Assembly (NCBI RefSeq): GCF_009914755.1
Contig: NC_060939.1
DNA: 64,000 nt
Direction: 5' to 3' (one strand)
From: the human T2T-CHM13v2.0 reference genome, Homo sapiens
Numbering within the stretch: position 1 is the first letter of the stretch; every line of letters begins with the position of its first letter. The position numbers and the translations under genes were made by a program. This document shows positions 1-24,179 of the stretch, in pieces. The notes under the pieces were generated by a model, which was not told where the DNA came from, did not search any database, and saw only the letters and a list, made by a program, of their open reading frames with translations.

Positions 1-1380
<1,380 letters not shown>

Positions 1381-1819
1381 AGGTTTTCACATAATTTTCA
1401 AAGGGAGAGACACACTTGTGACAATGTGTTTTAATATAATGGTTTAGAAAGGTTTTTAAAAGCTAAATTGTATGGGCTGTTGTTTCAGTGGTTTCTATTT
1501 ATTGCTCTTAAGGTATTTATATTGTACAGTATGTTCTTTAAGAGCTTATCTACCTTCCAAGACAGCATAAAATATGTACAAGCTTTATACGTAGTAATAA
1601 TATGTGTTATTGCTACATATTATATATATATATTTAGAAGCATATTAGAATTTATACATCCAGGCTGATGTTTAACATATCATTCTACATTCCTCATTCT
1701 TCTGATAAATATATCTTGTAACCGTCTCATTGGAACATTGATAGATATAGAGGTGAACATAAAATAAGGTGATTGATTTCACCTGAGGAAGCCATATAGT
1801 TGGTCACCCAGTGAAGGCC

Positions 1820-2461
<642 letters not shown>

Positions 2462-2624
2462 AGTCACCTATGGAAGCTGTATACTTTGCTGAAAATGCTT
2501 TCAGAGTTACTTTCCAGCCACCTTGAAAATTGGTGAGCATTTGCTAAAATGTCTTATTTGGAGCCGAATTTCATCCTTGTTAGGTATACTTTGATTTTGG
2601 AAACATAATTAGTTACCTTTAGAA

Positions 2625-2715
2625 ACATAATTAAGTGAATAAAATGAGATGACATTTGTAAGTACATAGTACAGCCCAGTTCATAGTAAGTGATTGATAA
2701 ATGGTAGTTGCTGTT
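2625..2715 (+). mobile_element. MIR fragment
   Basis: AAAATGAGATGACATTTGTAAGTAC...CATAGTAAGTG..TGATAAATGGTAG resembles the MIR 3' end. Confidence 0.55.
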
Positions 2716-3984
2716 ATTAATAATGATTGTCATTACCATCATTGTCTTCATTACCCAAGAGGTGAGTTTACCAGATAATATTTGTGATCAATCTGTATAA
2801 TTTTGATCAATATTCTGATGCGACAGTAAAGTAAGGAAATGGCTTTCTTGTTTGGGAAGAAGCTGCATCTAATAGAGTTAAAAATGTTTTAAGTAATGGC
2901 CGCATTGTTGGAATAAATGTGATAAAATCTCAAAAGTGACAACTTTAAAGGATGACATTTGAATTTTGAGTTCTTCTGTATTTATTAAGAAATCAGTCAT
3001 CTTATTTTATGTTCATCCTTACATTTGTCTGTTGTTCAATGAAATGGTTACAAGTATTTATCAGAAGAAAGATACTAATAATAGATCATGAGGAATGTAG
3101 AATATGTTGAATGAAATGGCATGAGTTCAAATTCTTTTTCTTATCTTTTTTTTTTTTCCTGCTCTGTTAACCTCCTTATTTTCTTTCCCAGATATTTAAT
3201 TTTGATACTCCAAGCATGGGGAGCAAATATTGTTTGTGGGCATTTGATGATGGAGGTGACAGCAATTAAGTGTCCCAAACAGGGACCAAAGGGACAAGGG
3301 AAAGAGACAGGAACCCTTCAAACCCAGGGAGGAACTTACACACTTTTACCTGCACAACAGGTGACAGCATCTACTACTATAGTACTGAACTAGGATCTGG
3401 GGGGTGTGACAGGGCCTTGTAAATGCCATACATATACATCTACTACCCTCAGAGAAATGACATTTGGCAAAACTGCTAAGGAATTATATAATATATCCTG
3501 CAGTATTGTGAAATGGAAGATAAGGGATGAATTTAAAATTTGTTTCCAAAGAGGACCTCAGCTCACACATTATTTCAGAAGAGGAACATAGTAATTGGCA
3601 AGGTGAATCATCTTAGAGGGAAGACAGTTGCTCTTTTACAGTCCCTGGCAACCTGAGAATAAAGTAGTAGCAAGTCTAATTTATAATTTCTTAACTGGCA
3701 GCACCCTATCTCAAATGGGAATTCCTAGAGCTGAGTTAAAGTACATCCCTAGTCTTTTGAAGGTTAGTTACTTGGTCAGAATTTACATCTATGTTTGAAT
3801 GGTCTGAATAAAAACAATACAAGGGCACACCGTAGAAAACCATGTATTATATAATAGTATTGTCAAAATCCGGGCAAAGATGACTCATGTTTAAAAATAT
3901 TATTTTTCTAATGTTTCATATAATTAAGAAGCATATTTTTTATATGAAATGGCCTTATGTTGCTTTCTTATGTATTTTCCCATT

Positions 3985-4000
3985 TTTTATTATTTATTTA

Positions 4001-4040
<40 letters not shown>

Positions 4041-4345
4041 TGAGACAAGTCTCATTCTGTCACCCAGACTGGAGTGCAGTGACATGATCTTGGCTCACTG
4101 CATCCTCCGCTTCCTGGGTTCTAGTGGGTTCTCCCAGGTTCTCATGCCTCAGACTTTGAATGTGGAGTACACATTCAAAGCCGGGATTACAGACGCCTGC
4201 CACCATGCCCTGCTAATTTTTATGTTTTTAGTAGAGGCAGTGTTTTGCCAAGTTGGCCAGGCTGGTTTTGAACTCCTGGGCTCAAGTGATCCGCCTGCCT
4301 CAGCGTCAGTGCTGGCATTACAGGTGTGAGCTACTGCACCTGGCC
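3985..4345 (-). mobile_element. Alu with a (TTA)n microsatellite tail and an internal hairpin insertion
   Basis: Alu consensus blocks; (TTA)n at ~3985-4040. Confidence 0.9.
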
Positions 4346-4509
4346 ATATTTTCCCACTTTTTAGATGGTCTGTATGTATGCTTAACAGAATATTTGTGTC
4401 GATCATAAGTATGTATGCAGATGAAATAAATAAGAAAATAAGAAAAATCTTTAAAATAGTTTGAGGCTCCTTTTAGGCTCCTTTTGTACCTCCTGCCCCT
4501 TTTTGCCAG

Positions 4510-4928
4510 TTGTGGATTGAGTTCCCTGGGAAGCACATTCTGTGATGGCATTTAGTATGCAGAATAATTAGGAGTGTCGTTGGGATCAACATCTATAGAA
4601 GGAAGGAAAAAGAAGCAGGTTTGGGCAGAAGTTAAGATGCAATGCATTGCCGGTGACAACCTCTGCTGACCCCATGGGGAGCTCTGGAGCTGGAATGACC
4701 CTTCAGAGTTGTGCTGAGTTGGACCGAGATGGATGGCAAGGACTTTATACTTCCATTCATCCATCACTGGATGTAGGCTGCCTTGGAAGGGGTGTGATCT
4801 TGCGTGAAGTAGCCCTCTGCAGCTCAGGCAATCCCTGAAGGGGCTGAGAGATGACAGCATTCCCAACAGCTGGTCAACAGTCCTTCATTGAAGAGAGATC
4901 CGGATGGAGCAGCCCATTGTCCTCCACA
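4510..4928. mobile_element. ERVL-class solo LTR (LTR33-like)
   Basis: TG...CA bounded; GTTCCCTGGGAAGCA and GGGGAGCTCTGGAGCTGG..CCCTTCAGAGTTGT blocks match the recalled LTR33 family. Confidence 0.6.
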
Positions 4929-5687
4929 TCGGCCTTTTGTTGTTGTTGTTAAACTACTATTTAAATCATGGATTAGTAAAATTTAGGGACTTGTTCTCTC
5001 TTTTTTTGTAAATAAAGGTAATATTTTGGTTACAGGGAGTATACAGATACTATAATACTATTGTGGGTATTCATGAATTCCCTAGAGGTGCTTCTTTTGA
5101 GAATTCTATTCTAGAAATGGTAGGAGTTATTTTAGTGGTTCCCATGACCACTTGGGATCTGCTTATGGCAAGTACAACCAATTTTTGTCTAAGAGGTTTA
5201 TTATATAACTTTTTTTTTTCTTTAGAAAACTCTTTTAGAACCTGGAGGAAGAAAGGGGGAAATGAAGATATTTGTAAAGGGATACTCAGCAGTAAAAATC
5301 ATTGAGAAGGAATGAACCAATTCCCTTTAGGGCATTTTTTATTAACATTCAGATTTTCCTGTAGCTACTTACTTCTTAATAGCATTAATTCTTCACTCAG
5401 TATGAAGTGTAATTACCTGTTTTTGTTTTGTTTTGGGCTCAAAATCACATTGATCATGATTCCAACAATTTCAATACTAATAATAATTAGTAGAAATATT
5501 TCTGAGTCTTCCTTTTTGTTCATTTCATGATCAACTCATCTTGTAGTAGAAATGATTTTTTAAAAATGCCATTTTGGACCATGACAGAGATGCTTAAATA
5601 AGTCAAGTGCCAAGGACACATAGTTCTTTTTTTTTTTTTTTTTTAACTCCAGTGTTATTGAGATATAATTGCCAAATAAACATTGTA

Positions 5688-6044
5688 TATTTGACCCTTG
5701 AACAATATGGGTTAAACTGTGCGGGTCCACTTAATACACAGATTTCTTCAATAAATATATTGGAAAAAGTTTTTCAGACTTGAGACAATTTGAAAAAACT
5801 TTCCAACAAACCATGTACCCTAGGAATGTCAAAAAATTAAGAAACAATAAGATTGTCAGGAATACATAAAATATATATAGATACTAGTCTATGTATTAAT
5901 TGACTGTTTATGTTATTAGTAAGGCTTCCAGTCAACAGTAGGCTATTAGTAGTTAAGTTTTGGAGGAGTCAAAAGTTACATGTGGATTTTTGACAACACA
6001 AGGAGTCAGTGCCCCAACCCTCTCCATTTTTCAAGGGTCATTGG
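5688..6044 (+). mobile_element. Tigger2-derived non-autonomous DNA transposon nested in an old L1M 3' fragment (~5640-6115)
   Basis: Inverted termini TGACCCTTGAA / TTCAAGGGTCA; internal sequence resembles Tigger2. Confidence 0.8.
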
Positions 6045-7033
6045 TATGTATTTAAGGTGTGCTATGTGATGTTTTGATATACATTGTGAAATGATTACCA
6101 CAATCAAACTAATTAATGGACACATAGCTCTTATATGAGAATAATAGAGATGATCCTTGGCTATTTTAGCCCGCACTTATTAGTCACTCCAGATTCACAA
6201 CTGCAACTTTTGTGACAACATTAGGATTCTAAATTTGGCCCTGGACTTAACTGCCTAGATGCCTTGTTTAGGCTTTTTGGGTAGGACACCTGGCTCCTAA
6301 ACAATATTTTAATTCTTTTTCAACTCAGGTGTAAAAATTTGTCAGCCTCAGGCTTTTTCCCAAAATCTTACTTTTTTCTTTTTTAGATAAAACTTCATTG
6401 CATTTTGATAAAAGTACACTTAATAATAGTTGAAAATGTTGCTATGTGCATAGTGAGAAAAACCTTTTGGATTAAAGTAAATTTATGGGGAGCATGTATT
6501 CAGGGCAACTTGAATTTATGTTTCCTGGGTTGTAAAACTAAAGAAAAAATAAAATGTAAATTTATACATAGGAGTAAATTTGAATGATGTTTTTGCTTTT
6601 AACAGGATTTTACTTAATGAATTTATATAGGTTTAATTCCTTCATATTGCTAAGAAATTTCAATCATTTCTCATCTTTAACCCATCAGAATTAAAGGTAT
6701 TTTTGAAAAGTCAGTGGAGGAAAGAAACTGATTTACAGTAGTTCTATTTTTGTATAACTTAAGCAGTTAAGTGAAAATTAAATGCTCTGAAATTTTTAAC
6801 TAAGTCTGGAGTTCTGCAGCCTTAAATCAAATCCTTTGACTGGAGGGTAGAGGGATGTTGGCTATAACTAAAATAAAATCTAGAGATCAAGGTTTTACTT
6901 CTGGTATATAGAATATAATGTGACAGTTGTTTTTAAAAGGCCATGGGCATTGATATGTTTTGAAAGAATGCCTCAAGAAAGTAACTATTAGCAGTTATTT
7001 AAGTTGACTTGATTTTATTATCAACCTCCTTAG

Positions 7034-7289
7034 GACAAATAGCTTGAAGCTGGAAGGTATAAAGAAATTGTGGGGGAAAGAAGGCTATCTTCCCAAGAAG
7101 GAAAGCAAAACTGGTGATGAAAGTGGAGCTCTGCCTGTTCCTCAAGAGAGTATAATGGAGAATGTAGATCAAGCTATAACTAAAAAGGATCAATCTCAAG
7201 TTCTTACCCAATCTAAAGAGGAGAAAGAAAAGCAGCTGCTGGCATCATCATTATTTGTTGGTCTAGGATCAGAAAGTACAATCAACCTG
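7034..7289 (+). CDS. AP4E1: AP-4 complex subunit epsilon-1, internal exon (256 nt; fifth from last, exon 17 by recalled numbering)
   Basis: CCTCCTTAG| acceptor, CTG|GTAAGT donor; encodes TNSLKLEGIKKLWGKEGYLPKKE...LFVGLGSESTINL. Confidence 0.97.
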
Positions 7290-8992
7290 GTAAGTAATCG
7301 GTTCTATTCCTGTAAGAATCTTTGTCATCTGTCTGTACAAAAAAAACTGGCTCTATAAAAGCTCCTGGCTGTCGTCTATATGTATAGTGAAAAGTGGCTT
7401 CCCCAGTTCTTACTCACCATCATTTCCCAGCTCCAGAACCACTAATGACACAGCTTTTTATATTCCTGAAAGAGAAAATGCAGTTGGCTCAACTTGAGTC
7501 AGGTGTTCTCTGTAGCCCAGTCAGTGGACAAGGGTCAGGCTCCAAATAAGGTTACAGGTATGACCACAGCCACTCTCACCCCTGTGGGTGGACGGGGCAG
7601 TTCTCAAAGGGAAGGGGGATGAATAATAATCGTTCAACAGTATTGATATATCTTTGTAAAAAGTACTCCTCAAAATTGTATTACATAAATTCTATTCTCC
7701 CAGAACATTATTCAGCTCTAAGAATGATCAATAATATTGCTTTGTAAAATGAAAAAATACTTAAATGATATATTAAACAAAAAGTACAGAGTATAAAGTT
7801 TTATTTATGCCTTGTTTATACCTAAGGCTGAAAGGAATTATACAAAAATGATAATTATATTCAGATATTAAGATTATGATTTTTAAACTTTTTATACTGA
7901 GAAATTATTTTCATAGTAAAAGAATGACAAGTTGGAGTGAAGGACAGGTGCTGTTTTTGAGCATCTGAGAATACCATGTAATGTATCCTCCTTTTGGTGG
8001 CTAATGAACCCACCTTGTACAAAATTTTGATTAGAGTGACATCCCAGGTCTTTCATCCTCCTCCTCCCATGGTGAAATTTCCCCTTCATTCCTGTCAGTA
8101 CCAGGCCAGATGGTATACCATACTATATACTCTTTATCTTTGTCTCTTTCTTTTCTAGACTCACCAGTCTAGATCCCATTTCTGTCAGACTTGATATTTT
8201 CTCTTAAGAAAAAACAGATTCAGCCTAAAAATATTAATAACTAATGTATCTTAATATTTTCCGAGTTGACATTTGCAGATCAGCAGTAAAGTGACTGATC
8301 TTGGGTTTTTGAGTTGTTCTGGCAGGCTGTGATGAGAGGGTGGGTACCAGTGGAATGCTTGGTAAGAGCACACCAAAGTCAGATTACACCCAGGCTCATG
8401 GAGCCCTGGTTTGTGAACCTCATTGCTGGTATAGAAGTATTCCTGCCTATTTAACAAGTGCATAGCTTTCAGTTAGATTTTTTCCTTAGGAGAACATTCA
8501 GGGTGATATTAGATTTTTTGTGGTGAGTTTGAAATCGGAAATATTATTAGGATGTTTTTTCTGTTAATGATGCTAAATCCTTTTTGACTTACCCCTTATA
8601 ATTCCCCCTCATTCCCACCCAGCTATCACTGAAGAGTAGAAAAAGGAGTGTATTTCTCTGTTTTATGAGACCCTGAATTCCGTAAGGAATTGTGTTGTAA
8701 CTTAGATGCATAAAGAAGGAGGAACAGTTAACAATGACATAAAATTAGCATGTATCCTCTCACTTCTCAGCCCCGACCCTTCCTCTGATACTGGGGCAAA
8801 GCAGACAGGATTGGGACTAACTGAATGTGCTCCTTCTGTGTCATGCCTCATTTTGGATGGCTGTTTTTCTTCAGAAATCCTGTTCCCTACTGATTTTTCT
8901 TACGTTTAGCGTTCTCAGTTTCATACATCAAGGCTCTATTGATGTATTTCATTTTAACTAGCTTTTATTTTTAGGTCTGTGATCCATTTTGA

Positions 8993-9350
<358 letters not shown>

Positions 9351-9374
9351 CACCTTCATTTTTAAGACATTTTT

Positions 9375-9986
<612 letters not shown>

Positions 9987-10988
9987 ATTACTACTGAAAA
10001 TAACTACTATTTGATAGTTATTAGTAACTATCGAAAATAACTACAGTAGTTTTTGTGCCCCCTTGTTTTTGTGTTAATAAAATGTTAGTTCTTATTAGGT
10101 GACTTCTGAATTTGGAGGTAAGAGACAAAAATCATCTGTTCAGAGTTGGAAGAAGGTGTTGGGGCTTGAGGAGAGTGACAGAGAAGATAAGAAAAGGGAA
10201 CTAGAATTCTGGTCAACTAGAATCATGTAAAGGATGCTGTGTAGTGTCAAAGCCCCCCGGGGGAGTGGAGGTGGAGAGTAGTGCCAGTCTGCTGCACTGA
10301 TTCTAAATAGAACTTTGCTAGGCAAGGGAACACTTGAACCATCACTCCTCTTACATAGATTCACAGACCATTCTTCAGAAAGTTTGGACCAACGATGTCA
10401 AGTTTGCCATTCTATCTCCTGAATGTGTGGCAAACATCACTAGTCAGTTATTGAGTTCTTTCCTGCTGAGTGTTCCAGTCAGCTACTGCCAGTTAATTCT
10501 TGAGGTAAAACCAGTTTTTCTTTCTGCTTACTAACTTACAGGCCATGAAATCATGATTATTATAGATGACTAAAACAGAGGTTGGGTCATCCCTGCATTC
10601 AAGAGTAACTTAGGCTTATACAGAACAACTATGGCAACTCAAAAAATGGTGAAGTTTCTCACTGCTTTTTAATTTGTTCAGTTCTATACTCTAGTATTCT
10701 GAAATCTAACAAGTTTTTTGTTCATGACTGACTTTTGGACCTTATTTCTTCTTCGGATTCCATGTGTTTTTTATGAGAAATAAGATTTAGCTAATAGTTC
10801 AAAGTTATATAGCTGTCAGGATTTTAGGGCTTAACATGTTATTTATCTCTGATTCTTTACTAATTTATTCTTTATAGATAGAACCTTAGCAAATTGTTAT
10901 ATTGCTGATTTGAAATTATAGATGAATGTTTAAAACTCATGACTAGTAGAATGATTTCTTTTTATATTATTATGTTTTATTTTTGCAG

Positions 10989-11546
10989 CTGGGAAAAGCA
11001 GATACTGTCTCTCACAAGTTCAGAAGGAAATCAAAAGTCAAAGAAGCTAAAAGTGGCGAAACAACCAGTACTCATAATATGACCTGTTCTTCCTTTAGTT
11101 CTTTGTCAAATGTGGCATATGAAGATGATTATTATTCGAATACTTTGCACGATACAGGAGACAAGGAATTAAAGAAATTTTCTCTCACTTCAGAACTTTT
11201 GGATTCTGAGTCACTCACAGAACTGCCCTTGGTTGAGAAATTCTCATATTGTAGTCTGTCTACACCTTCATTGTTTGCTAATAACAACATGGAAATTTTT
11301 CACCCTCCTCAATCTACTGCAGCCTCAGTTGCCAAGGAAAGCTCTTTAGCTTCATCTTTTTTGGAAGAAACTACTGAATACATACACTCAAATGCTATGG
11401 AAGTCTGTAATAATGAAACTATATCAGTGTCTTCTTATAAAATTTGGAAAGATGATTGTTTATTGATGGTCTGGTCAGTCACTAATAAGAGTGGTTTGGA
11501 ATTGAAAAGTGCTGACTTAGAAATTTTTCCTGCAGAAAATTTCAAG
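10989..11546 (+). CDS. AP4E1: AP4E1 internal exon (558 nt, phase 0-0; Ser-rich hinge and start of the ear domain)
   Basis: TTTTGCAG| acceptor, AAG|GTAAAA donor; LGKADTVSHKFRRK...LEIFPAENFK in frame with the previous exon. Confidence 0.97.
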
Positions 11547-12009
11547 GTAAAATTTAAAGGTATTATTGTTTTATTTTCAGTGTATATTTTGTGTTCTCTT
11601 TTCCTGTGCTCTTTAAATGTCTCCTTCACTTTTGTCATAAACACTAAAACGAAATTCTCAAATTATTTAGCAAAGTAGAAGATTAAGGAGTAAGGATATT
11701 GAAGAATAAATGTGTATACTGCTTACTTCTTTCTCTCACCAATTTATTTTTATATACCAAGTGCTCAGACATCAGTTCTCTTTCTTCCCTAGCTCTAACA
11801 GATTGCCATTGTGATTGCTGGAAGTATGTTTAATTGCATTATTGTATGGATGTCCTTGGATTTATAATGAGATTTGACTAGTATATTTATCTTCCACAAA
11901 ACTGGCCCAGTTTCTTCTATGAGCTAGAATGTGTTGAATGGGATATTGTCTGGGCCACTGACCAGAGCAAAAATTCCTGATACTAGATGTGCTTTAGAAT
12001 CACCTGTGG

Positions 12010-12408
<399 letters not shown>

Positions 12409-12731
12409 TTATATTTATATTTAAATTCTTTTAAAAATTATTTGAAAACTCTCCTATCTTTAAAAACCCAGGACCAGCCAGGACATTTACAGTTTTAACT
12501 GTAATGCCATTTGTTAACATAATTTTGACCTGTGTACAATTATTATTTCATTATCTGTTCTAGTGAATTTTTCTCAAGTGAAGTTGCCAGTCATCTTCAT
12601 AATGTAGTTTGTTATTAACTTCCCATATTAGTATGATTTGTGCCACTTCAATTAAATAGAAAATTGGTAGTCATGTAATAGTCTGTATTGATCCCTTCCT
12701 TCTTCAACACTTTTATTACTTCTATTTGCAG

Positions 12732-12922
12732 GTGACTGAGCAACCTGGATGCTGTTTGCCTGTAATGGAAGCAGAAAGCACCAAAAGCTTTCAATATAGT
12801 GTGCAGATAGAAAAACCTTTTACAGAAGGAAATCTTACTGGTTTTATTAGTTATCATATGATGGATACTCATTCTGCTCAGCTGGAATTTTCTGTAAACT
12901 TATCACTATTAGATTTCATTAG
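12732..12922 (+). CDS. AP4E1: AP4E1 internal exon (191 nt)
   Basis: TTTGCAG| acceptor, TAG|GTAAAT donor; VTEQPGCCLPVMEAES...LSLLDFIR. Confidence 0.97.
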
Positions 12923-12954
12923 GTAAATGTTTTGTGAAATGTTAATTCAAGTTG

Positions 12955-13235
12955 TTAATTCACCAACTATTTTTTAGACCTCTTCTCTGGATGGAGGCAC
13001 TATGTTGGGTGCTAGGGAGTATAACAGTTAAAAACTACACACAGTTCCTACGTTAGAGGAATTTCTAGTCTATGGAGGAGACATGGAGCAATTACATAAA
13101 TACATATGTAATTATGAATTGTGCTATGAAGAGAAAATAAGTGTTACAATGAGGGATTATAATGAGAGACCTGATTTAGGTTGGAGTTGGTTGGTGACCT
13201 GGTAAAGCTTGTGAGAAAAAGTATTATTTAAACTA
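12955..13235 (-). mobile_element. L2 fragment
   Basis: AGGCACTATGTTGGGTGCTAGGG...TCTAGTCT..GGAGAC resembles the reverse L2 3' end. Confidence 0.6.
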
Positions 13236-13363
13236 AATAACTCCGAAGATTCTGCATGGCTTTTAAAAGTTTCTCTCATTTGTATTTTATTCAATTATTT
13301 CATAAAATTTGTTTGTTAAGCTTTAGAGAAATGTAAGAAAATTGCTTGACATAGTTATTAAAC

Positions 13364-13548
13364 TTTTTTTTATTATTATACTTTAAGTTTTAGGGTACAT
13401 GTGCACAATGTGTAGGTTAGTTACATATGTATACATGTGCCATGCTGGTGTGCTGCACCCATTAACTCGTCATTTGGCAGTAGGTATATCTCCTAAAGCT
13501 ATCCCTTCCCCCTCCCCCCACCCCACAACAGTCCCCAGAGTGTGATGT
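13364..13548 (-). mobile_element. Short 5'-truncated young L1PA 3' end
   Basis: L1PA 3'UTR sequence; TSD GTTATTAAACT at 13354-13364 and 13549-13559. Confidence 0.93.
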
Positions 13549-13801
13549 GTTATTAAACTATTATTAAACATGCAGTTTTTACCATTATACTGGGCACTGT
13601 ACAGTGTTACCAAAATAATTGAAAACAATATCTTACCTGCTCTAATTTTGTTTTATAAATGTATTGTACTGTTTTTGAACATTAAAAATATGAAGGCTGC
13701 CTGAACCCAGAATGCAGAATACCGATGAATATCTCTATATATTTTTTTAACCTCCACATGTCACTTCTGTTACAATACAATGCTCTCGTTTTTGTTCATT
13801 C

Positions 13802-14101
13802 TTTTTTTTTTTTTTTTTTTTTTAAACAGGGTCTTGCTGTGTCACCCAGGCTGGAGTGCAGTGGCACACTATGGCTCACTGTAGCCTCGACCTCCCAGGC
13901 TCAATTGATCCTCCCACCTCAGGCTCCTGAGTAGCTGGGACTACAGGAATATGTCACCATGCCAGCTAATTTTTGTGTTTTTTGTAGAGATAGGGTTTTG
14001 CCATGTTGCTCAGGCTAGTCTCAAACTGTTGGGCTCAAGCGATCTGTCTGCCTCGGCCTCCCAAGGTGCTGGGATTAGGGACGAGGGCTACCATGCCCAG
14101 C
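13802..14101 (-). mobile_element. AluJ
   Basis: AluJ-type blocks (GCCTCGACCTCCCAGGCTCAA). Confidence 0.9.
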
Positions 14102-14688
14102 TTTCCCCATTCTTTAAAGTCTTTTAGTAATAACATAACTGTCAGTCTATTACAGTACTGTATGCCTGTGGTGCTGATAGGATAAAATCCAGCCTTCAAA
14201 AAACTTACGTTGTGTGATTGTGGAGGTCTCCTGAACCATTTAAAAAATGTGTTTGTTAAAATTCTTTCTTTTGGTCTAATTTACTTAAGGTGCAAGATCT
14301 TTGTATTCATGTTCTTTTTCATAACTTTGATAGAGTATCCCATTATCCCCAAATTCAAAGTAAATATGAAAGAAAAGTTCTGTATTATAGTTGAATGATT
14401 TATGAAATTACTTGGTAAAATCTTACTGGAATGACTAGTAGAAAGAGAGATAACTGAGTGGTTTATTGAAATGATATTTTAAATTTAATAATATACCTGC
14501 TTTCAGTATTTTCATCAGGTTGGAGGATGATACTAACCATTTTTAGCATATTTGGTTTAAAGACATAAATCTTATGGGACCCAGATTTACAATGATTATG
14601 TTTTATTCTCATGAGGCATTTGAAATTTGTTTGTTTAGAATCATTTCACTGTTTTTGACATATATCTAATTTTAAAAATTATTTTCAG

Positions 14689-14846
14689 ACCATTAAAAAT
14701 CTCAAGTGACGACTTTGGGAAACTCTGGTTATCCTTCGCAAATGATGTGAAACAAAATGTAAAAATGTCAGAATCTCAAGCTGCACTTCCTTCTGCACTA
14801 AAGACTCTGCAACAGAAACTAAGACTCCATATTATTGAGATTATAG
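14689..14846 (+). CDS. AP4E1: AP4E1 penultimate exon (158 nt; absent from the ORF track)
   Basis: ATTTTCAG| acceptor, TAG|GTTTGT donor; (R)PLKISSDDFGKLWLSFANDVKQNVKMSESQAALPSALKTLQQKLRLHIIEII(G); phases match both neighbours. Confidence 0.96.
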
Positions 14847-15002
14847 GTTTGTAGAGTTATAAAAAGGCTATTCTGTGTTTATAGGAGCTTTCTTATAATT
14901 GGAACACAAATCAACTCTTACAAGTATCAGATTTCTCAGAGCTTTATTTCCTATTATGACTGTCTTTCAGATGAATGTGTTTTTCAGACTGTATTAAATA
15001 AT

Positions 15003-16130
<1,128 letters not shown>

Positions 16131-16164
16131 CATTAAATCATTTTTCACTTTTGTTTTGTTTTAG

Positions 16165-16325
16165 GCAATGAAGGGCTATTGGCCTGTCAGCTGCTCCCAT
16201 CCATCCCCTGCTTACTGCATTGCCGAGTTCATGCAGATGTATTAGCCCTGTGGTTCAGATCCTCCTGTTCTACTCTTCCTGACTATTTACTGTATCAGTG
16301 TCAAAAGGTGATGGAGGGATCCTAG
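16165..16325 (+). CDS. AP4E1: AP4E1 last coding exon (161 coding nt including stop)
   Basis: TTTTGTTTTAG| acceptor; GNEGLLACQLLPSIPCLLHCRVHADVLALWFRSSCSTLPDYLLYQCQKVMEGS*. Confidence 0.97.
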
Positions 16326-19558
<3,233 letters not shown>

Positions 19559-19639
19559 CTGTTTTTTGGTCTATGTTCTTTATTAACTAAGTAGCTGAAT
19601 AATAAGTAATATTATTTAAACAATAATTTGGTAGACATC

Positions 19640-20240
19640 AGCTAAAAAGAGCAGGAGCAATTAGAATGGGATGAAAAGAATGATTTTTTCATTACAGCCC
19701 CCAAAGAATCTTGTCTCGTTGGCTAAAAGTAAAGATATTGCTATTTCTCTTTCTGTATGATGGTCAGAGAGAACTTTGTGGGCTTCAGACAAGTTATAGC
19801 ATGGATTGTTTCTCAGGATGCCTGTCCATATCTCCTGCTTTCACCTTAGGCTGACCAGAGCATTTAAAGCAGAACATTGTTTCCATCATGCCTTCCTTTG
19901 TAGATGTCTGAAGATGCCAGAAACACAGTAAATCAATTAGAAACTTAGTGACCAAAGAATCTGAGTGTGCTGGCCATCTCTGCCTCATGTATCCTGAAAC
20001 ACAAAGCTAGATCAGAAATGGAGTTTAAATTCCACTGATTTGTGTCTCTTGTTGGCTACAGTGTATAAGAAGAAAAAAAACCCCTGAGACTTGAAGCTCC
20101 ATCTTTGGGGCACTGAAGTCAAAAAGGAAGTTTAAATGCACCACACTCACTGTAGTAATTGAAAAGAAGGGAGCTGTTGAAGGGAGGGGTGGCCTGCAGC
20201 CCTATGGGCCAGGGTTAATGATTGCATGATAGTTACTGGT
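19640..20240 (+). mobile_element. Putative ancient LTR-retroelement pol fragment (RT connection/tether)
   Basis: Degenerate motifs in order: QLEWDEKNDFFITAPKES (19658), MPVHISCFHLRLTRAFKAE (19818), LLKGGVACS / ARVNDCMIV (20174-20235). Confidence 0.4.
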
Positions 20241-20302
20241 TTAGTGTATGCATAATGGGAGACTGAGCTTTTTGTGCTTAGGAACTCTCTGTGTGTGTAT
20301 AG

Positions 20303-24030
<3,728 letters not shown>

Positions 24031-24179
24031 TGTGTAAGTTTTTATGTCCCTTTTGCCTGACACAATAGACACTCAATAACAGTCACTCATCTATTGAATG
24101 AATAATTAAGGAGACCTGCCCACTCAAAATAAGTAACCTGGGACCAGATAATATCCAGGGATTTATATTACTAATTCTG

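Noticed and set aside
7044-7358. 104-aa ORF as a standalone gene
   Set aside because: It is an AP4E1 exon plus intron read-through past a consensus GTAAGT donor.
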